In this document: positions 63,491 through 64,000 of the stretch, one piece after another | Layout: each line of letters begins with the position of its first letter | Position numbering within the stretch: position 1 is the stretch's first letter | The notes under the pieces: model-generated | Told to the model about the DNA's origin: nothing | The model's input: the letters and a program-made list of their open reading frames with translations, nothing else | The model's database searches: none | Source of the DNA: Octopus sinensis | Lineage: Eukaryota | Length of the DNA stretch: 64,000 nt | Assembly (NCBI RefSeq): GCF_006345805.1 | Contig: NC_043003.1 | Location: forward strand, 101,246,001-101,310,000 | Direction: 5' to 3' | Position numbers and translations under genes: made by a program

Positions 63491-64000
63491 ATGTGTAAAA
63501 AAATCCCATCACGCAATCAAACCAATGAAAGAGCCTCTACCTGGTTGCTCAACATGCTAAAAATAACAGCCAAAGTATCCCCTACCTAAATCACACACAC
63601 ATTGTATGTAATGTCCTAGATTATCCCTAAAAAAATGGTTTGCTGAAGGCTGGAATGCCTTTGATGATAGGTTTGCAGTATCAATTGGAGGCTAAATAAC
63701 AACAACATCATGGCAAATTTCTATATTAACACCCGCACGATTTTCACTAAGAAACAAAAAAAAACAAAAAATTTAATTTTTGAGGTGGAATCAAATACCC
63801 TGACCTCCTAATATGCTGCAAAAAACGAGGTGGGGGTTCTCTCCCCACCCACTCATCCCGGAATCACTGGAAATTTCTTTTTTCATTGAATGAATTCCTG
63901 TGACCTCCTAATACTGCAAAATCAGGGTACTTAAGGTGAGCCTGGTAATGATGGTTTTGGGGTCTTGTTGTTTGTAACTTTTGGTGAGCCATTGTGCAAC

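Overview
AT-rich, microsatellite-dense animal genomic DNA made up almost entirely of transposable elements. The SINE and RTE-tail families resemble those I associate with octopus/coleoid cephalopods (inference, not verified by search). Retroelements: Penelope-like elements (PLEs) of at least four RT/endonuclease types, two RTE LINE families, a CR1/L2-like family, Tx1/L1-like elements, an R4/Dong fragment and two tRNA-derived SINE families. DNA elements: mariner, maT (DD37D), pogo/Tc2-like and Helitron pieces. The only convincing host-gene evidence is two in-frame, Tyr-rich minus-strand exons (31367-31153 and 27660-27424) with canonical splice sites. Most notable observations: (i) six minimal type I hammerhead ribozymes, five with self-complementary helix III and one a single substitution away; (ii) a TSD-flanked 1.82-kb ORF1-only (HAL1-like) retroelement whose 3' end matches the tail of the young SINE subfamily; (iii) a 584-bp palindrome with Helitron-type 3' ends at both termini; (iv) repeated fold-back architectures in unrelated element classes; (v) an HDV-like ribozyme fold at the 5' end of a GC-rich RTE that lacks its endonuclease. 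All structures were folded by eye, and many element boundaries are approximate.
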